From NCBI GenBank assembly GCA_973895155.1, contig OZ316893.1:12044359-12108358 (forward strand): a stretch of DNA of 64,000 nt. Direction: 5' to 3'. The position numbers were made by a program, and so were the translations under genes. Shown one piece after another: positions 1-12,829 of this stretch. This DNA comes from Marsupella aquatica. Lineage: Eukaryota; Plantae; Marchantiophyta. Position 1 is the first letter of the stretch. Every line of letters starts with the position of its first letter. The notes beneath the pieces were generated by a model. The model was not told the origin of the DNA. It did not search any database and saw only the letters and a list, made by a program, of their open reading frames with translations.

Positions 1-1290
1 CCACAGGAACAACCAATGAATCCATCGGCACCAGATGCTCATGAGCTCCCACTCAAAAGCACATCCACATTCCAATGGACGAATGACATGAGAAAAGTGG
101 GTCCCCAGAACGTGTTGAGAAAGTGCAGTGAAAAACGTAATCGCTACGTAACCCACGCCACCGTGCCTGAACCCCATCACAAAATTTGGCGAGGCCTCGG
201 ACAACAATCTCAATGAAATTGAATAACACAGAGGCCGGCCCATCAACAGCTCTAGCAATTTTCTTACAACAGGAATAGGATCGGACTGAAGAGTCGCAGA
301 AATCAGAAAGACAGCACCACACGCATGTCCATTTAGCTCCAATTACTAAAACAGGAAGGTCATAGAAAAGCTAAGAAGTTCAATTGAACACCACAGAGCA
401 TGCCCTCTAGCAGCTCAGTGACGGAACTCAGAAGATAGAACGAGGGTCTAGAGGTGTCTACACGGAGCTCTAATTCCCAGCACAGAACGATTTCGAAGGG
501 AATGAAGTTCAAACCTATTCTCAGGAGCGGAATCCTGGCTCGCATCATAGTCGTCACCGAAACTCAGGCCTGAAAAATCCGTCATACCGACTCTTTTCTT
601 TAGTCTCTGCGGATCCTTCGAACCAACGTTCCACGCCGAATTGCCCCGGTTCCAAGATGAACCAGCCCGTCTAGTAGCGTTTACCCTCTGCTGCTGCTGC
701 TGCTTGTCTCCTACTCTGCCCCCCTCCTCCATCAGCATCTCGCTTCCCATCCGAACTCTGATAACCCCGCAGTCCAGTACAATTCTCTGACTAAACAACG
801 CCGTGCTCGTACAGGACCTAACACAGGAGACCCTTTCCAACATAACAATCTGTAGAGCCACGGGACCCCACCTCGCTCACCCAATGATTTCCCCCTTCAC
901 CTACAATTCGCTGACAGCTCCAATTTGCAAATGACAGTCAGCGCCAAATTCCCTCAAATCTACTCCCTGGAACTTTCCGAGCTACGCGTGTACAGAGGCT
1001 CAATGCTCGGATCCGTGTTTCCCCAATCCTGTTCTCTCAAAGGATGTTTCGTTGTCTTTACGTGCAGCTTAGTCCTGCATGCAATTGGACAGAGCGCAGG
1101 TGATGGCTTTTCCAGATGTCCTGAGCTCCGGGTGGAATCGTCTCGCTCCGGGAAGCAAGGAGGGGCAGTAGATGGAATGACTGATTTTCCCCGTCTCCAC
1201 TTGGCATTCAAGCTCTGCTCAATGGTTCCCACTGTGGCGGAGATCCGGCATTTGTAACCTGGGCAGAGGCCGTTTGCTTCGACGACAATT
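1..1290 (-). mobile_element. Degenerate L1-like LINE fragment (ORF1 zinc-knuckle region, then ORF2 endonuclease start)
   Basis: The minus strand near 1203-1260 reads, across a frameshift, G-L..C-R-I..H...C, resembling the CX2CX4HX4C knuckle. At 1-560 it gives an eroded APE/EEP-like string (..LFNFIE.. ~ GDFN; ..GDPLFS..). Many stops and frameshifts. Confidence 0.45.
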
Positions 1291-1391
1291 TAACGATGAC
1301 GGAGGACGAAGCAGAAGAGCCTGAGGGCGCCACGAGGGTCGAAGCAGAAGAGCCTGAATACAAGAGGAGAGGTGCATTTGGCAGCCAAGAC

Positions 1392-2120
1392 TAGTGACCA
1401 GAGTATACCTGCACTCTACTTGTACTCTTCACTCGTTGGTCTTCCTGGGTTTTTCTCTCGTGTTCCTCCCCTTCTACAGTATTGTGTCTCAGGTTACTCA
1501 CCACAATGTACCTGCACTTGGGCTGGGCTCTTTGTTCTTCCTGGGTTTTCCTTTCGTGTTCCTTCCCCCCTCCTTTTATTGTGTTCCTCCCGTTTATTAT
1601 TTTTTGTCTCCTCCTCTTCTTGTGTTCGTCCCCTTTATTGTGTCTCAGGTTATTGACCAGAATGTACCTGCACTTGGACTGGGCTCTTTGTTCTTCCTGA
1701 GTTTTTCTCTCGTGTTCCTCACCTTTTTCCTTTTATTGCGACTCCTCCTTTTCTTGTGTTCCTCCCCTTTATTATTTTGTGTCTCCTCCTCTTCTTGTGT
1801 TCTTCCTTTATTGTGTCTAAGGTTACTGACCGGAATGTACCTGCACTTGGACTGGGCTCTTTGTTCTTCCTGGGCTTTTCTCTGGTGTTCCTCATCTTCC
1901 TTTTATTGCGACTCCTCCTTTTCTTGTGTTCCTCCTCTTCTTGTGTTCCTCCTCTTCTTGTGTTCTTCCCATTTATTGTGTCTCAGATTACTGACCAGAA
2001 TGTACCTGCCCTTCAGCCCTTGTAACTTGGCTCTTTTGTCTCCTCCTTTTCTTGCAGAATGTACCTGCGGACCTGCCCTTGTACTTGGCTCCCTTTTCTT
2101 TTATTGTGTCTCCTAAGGTC
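1392..2120. repeat. Pyrimidine-rich tandem repeat (about 6 units of variable length, up to ~170 bp)
   Basis: The motif GACCAGAATGTACCTGCACTTGGACTGGGCTCTTTGTTCTTCCTG, or a variant of it, recurs near 1397, 1505, 1655, 1827, 1993 and 2055, separated by CTCCTCTTCTTGTGTT-type low-complexity runs. Confidence 0.85.
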
Positions 2121-2879
2121 TTACGTTCCTCCCCTTGATTGTGTCTCCTCATTTTGTAGGGTCTCCTACCAAACGGATCTCCCCGCTTTAAGGCTCGGTC
2201 TTGCAGTTGCTGCCTTTTGTTCTTCAGTGTATTATATGTGGGACTCTTGGCTCTTGGGCTTTTTGGCTCTTCAGTTTTCTTTTGCTTTCCCCTCTTTATT
2301 GGGTTTCTTCCCTTTGGCATCCTGTCTCCCCTATGGTGTTCTTGGGCTTTTTGGCTTATCCTTTGTTTTTCCCCTCCTCTTTTGGATTTCTTGCCATTGA
2401 GATCCTGCCTCTCTTATGGGACCTTTTGTTCTTTGAATTATTTTATGTCTAGTTTTTGTTAGTTGGGTCTTGGAAATCATGAACTCATTTGCCTTTTGTT
2501 CTTTGGCCGTGTGTTATATGGAAATTTTGGAGGATCTAGGATGTCATCAACTCATGATTACAGTTTTATAGGGACTCGGGTTTAGGGTTTAGTTAATCCT
2601 TTTCTCTTTTCTCAAAAAGCATACTATTTACGGGACCCTCCAACATTCAAACTTTTCTCACTCAGGAGCTAAGCATTAATGTGGATTTTCCTATTTGGTC
2701 TTCGGTTGTACTCTCTGAAACTTTGTCTCTTTTTTCTTGTATTTGTTGGCTCTTTTTCAGTAAGAAGATCTGTTCTCGTCCCCCTTTTTTGGGAGGAGAG
2801 CTCGAGTGTTCAACCCGCTTTTTCCTCCTTTTCGCTTGTATTTTGTCGGCACTTTTTCAGTAAATTTTTCCTCTTCCAC

Positions 2880-4210
2880 TTTTTTAGGAGGAAAGCATAC
2901 TATTAAAACTGTTTTGGGAAGGTAAGAAGCTTGTGCCAAGGGCAATCCCTTGGGTACATCCAAAACAACAATAAAGGAGAGCAGGTACATTTGAGGGTAG
3001 ATGATTCTGAGTGGTTGCCCGGACTCTCTTTCCACTTTCTCAAAAAGTGCTTTGCCTTTGGCTTTGGCTTCGCACTGTTTGTCTTTCGTAGTGTTATATA
3101 CTCTTTAAGCATGATACCATAGTGCCATAAGAGTTCACCCAAAAATTAATTTTAAAAATTAACATTGGGCCTACATTTCAGAAAATAGAATATATTCCAA
3201 GCATTGATGTAAACGCTGGGGCAAAGAATAATTCATATTTTACTCAGTTCCTGCCCAAATGGGGATGGGACTATAGTATTAAGGTGTGCCAGAGCTACCG
3301 CGGGCAAGAAAACTAAGGGACATATGGACCCAGGATGAGTGTGGGTAACACTACTTCGGAAGACATAGTATTCACTTACCCACTGACACTAATTGCCCTG
3401 AAGGGTGTAGGTACTCTCTGTCTGGCAACTCTTTTGAAGTTGATGCTTTGGCCAACGGACCATAATGTCTGATTTCAGGACTCAAATGGTCCAAACACTT
3501 GCTAGCACCCAAAAAGGTGAGCATTGATACAAAGCAAGCTAAGGTGTTAGCTGAGTTATATACTAAAGCTTAAGAGCAGCTACAAAAGTTGCAGTGTCCA
3601 TGATCTGAGCATTTTGTCAAACATGGTAGCCAAATTGGATACTTGTGCACCGCTCATTCAAGATTCAAGATTACTCAAACTAGAGTGCCATTATGACAGG
3701 GGCCCTGCTTGGAACCACCCACTGTTCATCTGCCTGGCTGCAAAATTTCCCACTCACTTCACATCATAGGACCTTTGTTAGTGATTTCTTAAAAATATGA
3801 ACAATTTTTAGATGCAGTTTTTTGGTGGAACATAGACATCGGTGAGCTCAGACTTTTCAAAAGCAAAAAGTTTCTGACCACTGACGATACAACTTGGGAG
3901 TTTAACTACTTTGGAACTTTGAAACTTTGATATCAATTGTAAAGTAAATAGCTGGGGGTTGTGATCTTGATGGCTGTCTTGTGCTTTCTCCACTGAAGAG
4001 AAAATTGACAACAAAGATTTGATTCGCAAACTTAACTGTAGTTGCTTCCTTTTGTTTTGTGGGGGACCCCTGGGCTTGTTGGGCCTATTGGGTCTACTCT
4101 GGGCTGTTTTCCCCTCCCTTCCCCTTTATTGGGAAGCGTTGCCTCTGGGGCCCGGTTGGGCAGTTTATGTTCCTTTGCACTGGTATAATTATATATGAGA
4201 AAGGGCTAGT
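2880..4210 (+). mobile_element. Degenerate LINE reverse-transcriptase region with a probable 3' UTR
   Basis: Eroded L1-type RT motifs appear in the expected order: LV..Q..GYI..(~2930), QLF..DA ~ LFADD (~3425), IGYL ~ KYLG (~3635), W..K.LT..R (~3735), KFL(W) (~3865). No open frame. Confidence 0.5.
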
Positions 4211-4867
4211 TAACAAGCTGCATCGAAGTTGGCAACCGACATTGTTTGATGAGTGTAAAGGAGAGGACTACCGTAGGACAAATTTGACTGCAATTAGAAG
4301 TTCTGAAGTTTGGTACACATTGGAAAAAGTTTGGTACACATTGGAAAAAGCTAGGTTGAAACATTGTCCGAAGAAAGCATCATCAGCCTTCAACAATGAA
4401 GTCAGCATCATTGACACATCACAAGCAGCAGTCTTCTACAGTCTATCCACAAATTATGTCAAACGCACCAGTCCCAATGCTTAGCTGCCGCGGCTTCAGA
4501 ACAGACAGCAAACCTGTTGAATGATTGTGCTTTTGGCCGATCCATTGACCAAGATCGAGATAATACCTACTGGATCAAGCACTTTGCGGGCCCTGAGCCC
4601 CTGAGTCTCACAAAACAGTGGGTCGCGATAACTGATGTCTGATGATGCCCCCTACTTATTATCTTCTGCATGCTGAATCCCTAATGACATCTGGATACAA
4701 TTTGAACCTCCACGTCCTGTCACATACATCTGTGGCCGAACACCAAGGAATTTCTCACCCTCGTTACTGCACAATCACTTCTTCTGCTCGGGTGGCGTGG
4801 TCCCGTGCAAAATCCTGAGCCTAGGTGTACGCTAGTGTGTATCTCCCTTCCTTGAGCCTATATTCCC

Positions 4868-5245
4868 TGGCCAGGCCCAAATTTTCCCAAACTACTCCCG
4901 GCCCAATCCCGGACTCTCCCAAACTCTCCCGGCCCGGTTCCAGACTCCCCCAGACTTCCCCCGGTTTAGCGAACTGACCCCCCAGTTCGGGGTCTGGCCA
5001 GGAGGGGTCGGGAGGGGTCCGGGTGATGTGGGGTTGGGGCCGGGGCCGGGAGGGGTTGGGAGGGTCGGGGGCGGGGAGGGGTGGGGGCCGGGGTCAGGTC
5101 CGGTCGGCTGGGGTTGGGAAGAAAGGGTTGGGGCAGGGCTGGGGCGGGGTCGGGCGGCCTTGAATTAGGGCTAGGGGTCGGGTGGCTGCGGCGAGGGGTT
5201 AGGGTTTGAAGGGTCGGGTCCACTTGGAAGAGGGCAGACCAGGGG
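4868..5245. repeat. C-rich then G-rich low-complexity block with G-quadruplex potential
   Basis: A CCC-tract segment (4868-4962) is followed by a small hairpin CGAACTG-n7-CAGTTCG (~4970-4990) and then about 25 GGG or longer runs (4988-5220). Confidence 0.7.
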
Positions 5246-8159
5246 TTACGGGAAATGCATAAGAGGGAGAATTTTGAGACATTTTATCATTGTGCAAGTA
5301 CAGTTTTTGAGTACCTTGGCTAAGGGGAAAGAAACTAGAAAAGTAAGTTTTGCTGGTAATTTGAGTTTTGCTGTCATTTTTGTGGTTGTTTTATAATTCC
5401 CCCAATAATTCCCATTGTGCAAATTCTATAATGGAGGAATATGTGAGAATGCTTGTACGCGCATGCTTGGAGCTTGGGCTCGGCTTGCGATATTTTGTAC
5501 AAGATTTCTTAATATTGCCTTAACAATTTGATATCATTTTTTATTAAGGAAATACTTCTGCGGATAGAGATACTCCTGTGCGTATGCTTGGAGCTTCGGC
5601 TCGGCGTATGATATTTCACATGTGTATATTACGATACCTTTAAAATATTTTCACTTGATAGATAATTGGTTACTAAGTTATAGATATCCTATGATAGGTC
5701 GAAGTAGGAATGCAGGCAAGTATGAGAGATTGGGAATCTTTGGTGCCAACATGCACATATGGAGAACTGCATAAATAACGCCCATGCACTTCTGGCATAG
5801 TGCATAACGTGCATAACGTGCAGGCGTATGGCCACATGGGTTTAAAAGCTGGACTATGTGCTTAGTGGTTTTTTCCTTTGTATTTTTCAGGGCATCTCTT
5901 TGGGAAGACTTTTCTTTGATCTTACTAAAGTTGAGGTATATGCTTGATGAGACCCTACCAAAAGAAATTTAGGTGATAGGGCCTTATGAAACATTTGTTA
6001 CAAACTAGCCCCCCCCCCCCACCTACACTTTTGAGTCGGATGATCTTGTAAAGTTCCTATAATGAGTTTTAACTTGATATTGTCACGAATAAGAGCTACT
6101 GCAAAGTTTAGAGTCAAACCATGCTTAATGACAAACTACATAGTTGGGGGAACCCCGGAGTAATGGCGGCCGTCGCTTGAATTGCAAGTTCCTAAGTGAA
6201 AACAATATGGTTCATGTCTTCAGGTTTGATTTTTGTCTTTAGGTTGTTTCACGAAATCTATGCACAGGGTTTGCATGATGTTTCAATGTTTCTCTTTGTT
6301 CTTTTGTCTAAGTATGGAATGAATCCTCTACTTTTGGCCATTGGTCCCTATTGCAACCTTTAAAATTTGTCTAAGTATGTCTTTTACTCTTGGCTGGTTT
6401 CCCTTGTTGCAACTCTCAAAAATTATCTAAGTGTGAAACAAAGACACCATGGACTCAACCATAACGGGAAAACTTTGCTAGTTTGCAAGAACTAGAGTAA
6501 ATGTTTAGACTAAATATTGTACAAACCCACTGTCCTATAGCGGTGGATTCCTTAAAACTCCATAATCATGTGAAGACATCATCCAAGCATAGATGGACTC
6601 TATAATCATGTGAAGATGTAATCCATTATGTCTTCAAGCATAGACGTACGTGCGGTGGACTATGATGCAATCTGTGATGAATTGCGGTGGGAAGTGTATG
6701 GTTCACCATGCATTTAGGCACCACATAAGAACCATGTGTATGGAACCTATGTAGAGGGCCTAGTGGGTAACACCATTTTTGTGGTGGGCCTATTGTAACA
6801 AAGTTTAGTAGGACCTGTCATGTAAATTAGCCGTCCCATCAAGCATATACCTCTACTAAAGTTAGAAAATACTATGAATCTCTCAAGTCCTTACAAATAG
6901 GATCATGTCCTGGTTAGAAGGCATTATCTACATCTATAATATTGAATCCTACTCATTTTCATCCTTTGTCCCCTTACAAAATGCATTTTGGAAGGGAATA
7001 AATGACAGCCATTAGATTGTTTGGGTAATTATGAATTGTATTAGATTGTCCTTTTTACTCTTCCATGGGGACTACAACTCTACAAGGGTGCACTTATTAT
7101 AATCTCATAAAGACATAAAGATAAAGCACTATCCAAAAATCAGGGAGAAGGTAACGAGAGAAATTGGCACAGAGGAAAACAAGGGAGAGGGCCAGATAAA
7201 GGTAAAAAGGAACAAAAATTAAGGAAGAGGAGAATGAGAGGGGTTAGGGAATGATACTGCTATATGGTGAATCCATCTTTCACATTTTGTCTTATTCATA
7301 TTTTGTGTCCAGTATTTTGATTTTAATGTGCCTTAACAATTTTAATGTGCCTTAACAAGGTGAATCATTTGTATTAATTTGATTTTGAATTAACTTTTCA
7401 ACTTTTAGTGAACTTAGAGTATTTTGAATATATTTGGGCTCCCCTCATAAATGTTTAATATGTCATTTTCAATCACTCCTTAGTGAATTCTCTTTTTCTA
7501 ATGAGTGAGAGAAATGAATTTGAACAATGGGCACATCTTGTGTGCTAAGTTCCCCTCATGGTTTCCTTTACAAAATTTATGGTTTTAATTGACTTTACTT
7601 TAATTTATGCTTTACCTAAGAAGCAAGTGAAAATCTGTATTATATGTGCACAACTCTTTAGTACCTTTGTACTTTCTTGGTCATAATGTGTTTTTCTTTG
7701 CATGTGTACTTATGGTTTTGTGTGTTATGTCACTCACTCTTAATGAACATATATTAATTTCTTGGCATATACTTTACATGTACCTACTTCTTTTATCATA
7801 AAATGAATTACATCACTACAAGACAAAAAAAGATGCATGTTCCAGGATGAACATGCCCATATGAAAAAGGTAGGGAAAAACAGAGAAGGGGATAAAGTGA
7901 GATAATTTTGTATTTTCTACCCTCATTTAAAAAAATTAAGTATGTATATATTTATGTATGAAATTTGTAATAATTTTAATTTTAATAAAAAGTGCATCAT
8001 TTTTTAAGTGATCATGCTAGCACTCAGTGATGTAATGGTCAGTGTCACCCATCTTGCATCCATGTTCTCACCTTCATCCTCCTCAACAATAACACTTTCA
8101 CAATAATGACCAAAATGATGACATTTTTGTAACAATGACACACACACCATCACACAATG

Positions 8160-8466
8160 ACATTTTTTATGCAACATCTTTTTTGTGACGCATAGGGAAT
8201 GAATTTGCCTGCATTTTTTGGTGTTTCCTCAACAACTTTGCCTCCCCTCGACATTTTTTCTCCTTTCAACATCTTTTCTTCACCTCAACATCTTTTGTGC
8301 AATGCAAAGGCATTTTTGTGTTCTTTACCTCACCACGACATCTTTCCCTCACCCTTGACATCTTTCCTCTCCTCGACATCTTTTTCTCTCATTGACAACT
8401 TTTTTCACACTGACATTTTTTCTTCACCTCAACGTGTTTTGTGCAACACACGGGCATTGGGCTAGT
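8160..8466 (+). mobile_element. Non-autonomous Helitron-like element 3' end
   Basis: Ends GTGCAACACACGGGCATTGGGCTAG|T (CTAG at 8462-8465), matching the common plant Helitron 3' terminus GCAACGCACGGGC..CTAG. It is preceded by ACATCTTT-type minisatellite. Confidence 0.55.
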
Positions 8467-8469
8467 ACG

Positions 8470-9510
8470 ATATAATGGCCCAAAAAACAAGGGTGGTAGC
8501 ATTATTATCATAATGCTATTGTCTTCCCCCGACAAGGTCCGGGCGCTATATTCAAATAGTGAGCCAAGGGGCGCTTTATTTGAATATAGCACCCAGGGCG
8601 TTGTGTTTGAGTTTGAAGTCAATGTCTTCATTTTTTGGACTTGTGGCACTGTGTTTGAAATGTGGTGTTGTGTTCAAATTTAAGGTAATGTGCTTGAATT
8701 TTGGCATTGTGAGATGCATGTAAAGTGTAAGTAGGAATGATATGCATAAAAGTTGTGTATTAGAGAGGAGGGTGTTCAAGTTTTGGTTTTTTTACTTCCC
8801 AACAATATTTGCTCATTCAAAGGATGTGTAGCTAAATAATTGAACCACTGAAATTACACAAGGGGAGAAATCAAATTTGCAATAGAAAAAAAAACCTGAC
8901 AAACCATCATACCGAGTGTACTACTATCACTTAGTAAAACATATTCGTCCACTTTTCACAGTTGTTCGGTTTACTGTGGCCGATTTGCTTATTTCTATAA
9001 TTATTTAATCTTTCTTCATGCAGTGTGGAATGTTCGTGAGACTGCTTTGTTTCTATTTGAGTGCCTTGATCTTGAAGGCAATGGAAAATTGAAAATAGAG
9101 AAAGTGAGTAGTCAGACCTAATTATGCACGTAGGCACTATGGGTTTCTTTGACGAGACGTCGTGGCATCAGTCAGAGGATGATGTGAAAGTCTGTCAAAA
9201 GTTCACACAGTAGAAGAATATATCGATACTTCCGGATTGTTGCTTAACATTTTGGAAACAGCGCACACTTCTACACGAATGAAGTATTTTGAAATTAGCT
9301 TACATTTCTCAAAGATTTCGTAAGTTGAAAGAGCGGATGTGTTGGAAAATTTTAAAGTAACGGATAATAGTTGCAACCTGATTACCTTTCTCCTATAGTC
9401 ACTTGAATGTGCACATTCTCGAACACAAAGTCAATTTCGAACACAGCGCCCGGGCGCTGTGTTAATATGGCGTTGTGTTTGAGTGAAAATGTCTTTTTTG
9501 TATAACTAGG
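8470..9510. mobile_element. Putative non-autonomous DNA transposon with palindromic subterminal motifs
   Basis: An 18-bp inverted repeat with 1 mismatch at 8541-8558/8577-8594, a perfect 24-bp palindrome at 9440-9463, and a GGCGCTGTGTT-like motif repeated at both ends. Boundaries are uncertain. Confidence 0.4.
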
Positions 9511-9989
9511 AGATTAACATACATAAAAATTTGAGTAATTTTCCAATAACAGACAAGAAAAGTGAATCTTTGAAATATTGAAGTTAAAGGGCCCTCCAGT
9601 AAGTGGTTATTATGCAATGGACCAAAAACATTAAAGAAAAAACAAATCTTGTGACCTTTGATAATTTATTATTTCGTTTTATATTTTAGAAGTATATTTG
9701 GGTTTTACCTTTTCTAGATTTATGGTGTTTGGCATAATCCCCTCCTCAAAATAAGGGAGTCTGTATGGAAAATTAATGCACTCAAACATACAAAGAGAAA
9801 AATCATCTTTAAAATGTAGCAAGGTACTCTTGTGGAGCATTATGGGCAATTATAGCCCATCAATACTCAAGCTGAAGCTCTCATTGTTTGGGGTATAATG
9901 TTTTCTAAAGAGTACTTTATTGTACCCTTACTGTCTGGCTCTCAACTTGTTGCATCAATCCAACAACATCTGCTAGTAAGTGTAATCTA

Positions 9990-10960
9990 ATGGATCCGGC
10001 CAGGGTTTGAAGGAAGGTGGAGATTGAATGTGTGTCTTGACTAATCTGGGGCTCCATAACAAGGTTTTGGATTTGTTGTTTACTTTTAATCTTATATGCC
10101 TAATAAAGAATGATGACTTTTTAAGTCCCATGATCTTGATCCATCCGTCCACCCAACAATGCAATTATAAAGAATTTGGGAGAAAAGGGTAACAGGCCGG
10201 AGAGTTTGGCATGTTGCAAGCTAGAGGCTATACAAAGAATGCATTTTTTGGTAGTTTACGTAGTGTCTCAAGTGCCTCAAGAAGTAAATCTGGATGGCCG
10301 AGATTTTCCATAAGTAATTAACATGTTTACCACACAATCGTAATTTGTCAAACAATCATAACGTTTTTGGAGGGTAATGAAAGAAATGGGGCACCAGTGA
10401 TTACTTTGGAATACTGTGGAGAAGGACAATTGTCAATCCATTTCAATCTATTGGTTGGCACTATGGGTGGGACCTAGTGTAGTTTCAAATTTAGGGTCCT
10501 CATTTGACCAAATCCCCGATTGTATAGAAACCATTAAATTGCTACTAGATGTGATCTAGCGGTGATTGTAGATGTTGGTTGGCCGCCCCACTCTTGGCAT
10601 CCATGGGAGGGCGCAGATGCAAACATGCAAACTCTGTTTGAGGAATCTCATGGAGGATTGAGGGACCAAGCTAGTTGCATAGCAAAGTGTCATTGATAGC
10701 CAATGTTGAGGCCATTAAGACTCATAACAAACTGTCTTTTTGAGCTGAAATGTTCAAGGTGGGGGAGGGGGGAACGATTGAGGCATGCAACCATTTGTTG
10801 AGACTTTTCTGGATCCACCAACGGCATTGGAATGGCAGGTTCTACAATGGTGTCAGTGTTTGTTGTTTTTACCTCTTTGCTAAGTGTTTGTTGAATGTTG
10901 TGCAAACTCTTTTACTTAAAGTTTTTAATAGGGTTCACTCATGGGCTCCCAAAAGGATGG
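9990..10960 (-). mobile_element. Highly degenerate RLE/CRE-like non-LTR retrotransposon 3' fragment
   Basis: The minus strand gives KWLHA..P, ..FVMSL.., H.C..WGG and LLPF.. in the order of the C-terminal motifs of CRE-type proteins (compare 26790-27770). Very eroded. Confidence 0.3.
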
Positions 10961-11027
10961 CCTGTTCAATAGAAGGATCGAAGAACAATGTGTCAGAGTT
11001 CCTTGGTCCTCTCAGTATATATATTGT

Positions 11028-11143
11028 TTAAAAATGTGAACCCCACAGAAAGGCCAGGGAACATTCAGTCACAACATTTGAACCTAAGACCTTCAGTCCC
11101 CACTCAAGTGAGTTACCACACAACCATGCCTCTCTAGGCGGTC
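11028..11143 (-). mobile_element. tRNA-derived SINE-like repeat (copy 1)
   Basis: The reverse complement, GACCGCCTAGAGAGGCATGGTTGTGTGGTAACTCACTTGAGT...GGTCTTAGGTTCAAAT, has A-box-like and B-box-like motifs and matches the copy at 26113. Confidence 0.5.
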
Positions 11144-11849
11144 CTCCAAATATATATAGGTCAAATCTGGGCTTTCAGGGTAGCATTTGATTGGTATTAT
11201 TACTGACTTGAAAAAGACTATAATAGGAGGTCCGGCCACTTTGTACAGTGGTCATCTTACAAACTACAGTATTTTTTGTGCCACATAAAAAGGGGAGCCA
11301 AAGAAGAAATGGGAATGGGGTGCCAAGAAAGAGGGATGGAAGAAGGAAAGAAGAAACTAGAAAGGGGAGGACTAGTGCATCTCAAGAAAATTGGGAGGTC
11401 CCTGTCCCGTCCAGGATCGGAGGAGGCCAGGAAAGGGAGGGCCAGGACCCACTATCTACTGTACCAGAGAAAGTAAGTGACTAATAAAAACCGTGATTCA
11501 AAATAAAATTTTGCTTATTAATAGAAAGTAAGAAAAAAGGATTGCAAAAAACCTAGTTTTAATAATGAACCATGATTTTTTGCAAACATCTTTTCCGCAA
11601 ACAACATCTATCGTGCTGCATCAACATGGCTTCGTAAACATCTTTTACATGGCTTTGTATTGTCTGCAAATGACATTTCTTACACACATGTTTTACCCAA
11701 ACAACATTTTTCATGCATCAACAACTTTTGCAGAACTTTTCTTCTCCACATCTTTTCATGGGTATTGATTGAGTTAGATAATTATGATAGATGATAGAGG
11801 TTAGATAGATCTTTAAATGCATGGGTATTGAGTATATAATTATGATAGA

Positions 11850-12090
11850 TAGCCCAATGCCTGCGCGTTGCATATAAGATGTTGAGGCAAGGCAAAGATG
11901 TCGCCTGAGATGTCAAGGCGAGGCAAAGATGTTAGGGTGAGCCAAACATGTTGAGGCGAGTTTAGAGGTCAAGATGAGGCAAAGGTGTCAAGCGACGCAA
12001 AGCAAGAGGCAAGGCAAAAACATGAAGGCAAGTTTAGATGTCAAGGTGACTCGACAAAGATGTGGAGATGAGGCAACAATCGGGGCAACA
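11850..12090 (-). mobile_element. Helitron-like 3' end remnant (same family as 8160-8466)
   Basis: The reverse complement reads TGCAACGCGCAGGCATTGGGCTAT, preceded by ACATCTTTGCC-type repeats. Confidence 0.45.
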
Positions 12091-12249
12091 ATGTGAAGGT
12101 GAAACTCAATACTGCCAGCAACCATTAGGCAAGGCTTGATACCAGTTTGAGATTGTTATGTACGTAATAGCAATTCAAGAGGGATCCCATGGTGATGATG
12201 GACTAAAGCAAGTCAAGGGTGGCCAAGATGAATAACCACCTTAGTCATG

Positions 12250-12572
12250 TGTTGAGCAAAGATGACATTTATAACGATAAGCCCATGATTATCTAATGCA
12301 CAGATATGTGGTTCACCTCAGGTGAAGCTACGTTCATGGGAACACACAAGAACTTTATTGCACTCTAGGCCTGTTGACCATACTGAGTTTTACAATACAA
12401 GATCTCATATCTCTCAACCGGTTACGTAATAATGTCTGAGTTCCTCCTATCCAAACAAACACTGGGTTGGGATATAATGTGCAACATGACTAACCTAACC
12501 AAGTTTGTGACTACGTTTAGCTAGCCCTAACTACACTAACATAACTCTAGACTGAAGAGTAAGTCCCTAACA
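12250..12572 (-). mobile_element. Solo LTR, Copia-like family A (degenerate)
   Basis: TGTTGAGC...CCTAACA termini; reverse-complement similarity to the LTRs at 35013 and 53913. The flanks TCATG/TTCTG are not a perfect TSD. Confidence 0.75.
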
Positions 12573-12829
12573 TTCTGCCTCAGTAATGCAACAACCAACC
12601 CAAAAATACTCGCACCTTAAAAAAGTTGCCCCTCTCTTTCTCCAAAGGAAGAAAAGCCCCACCATGCAACAAACAACCAACCAAAACAAATATGATATCC
12701 TAAAAAACAAAATAACTACCAAACAGCCCCCCCTCCCCACACACACACAAACAGACACTTTTTATTTATTTTTAAAGTGCTAGTGGATTAGAACCCAGTG
12801 GTGACCACAGTTCTCTTGGATCGGTGCAA

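Noticed and set aside
1394-2116. 240-aa hydrophobic ORF and overlapping ORFs
   Set aside because: They lie wholly in a pyrimidine-rich tandem repeat; stop-free frames are expected from the composition and the translation is repetitive L/F/S/C.
2575-2595. TTTAGGG telomere-like motifs (also ~20024, 32730, 42410)
   Set aside because: Only one or two units each; not a telomeric array.
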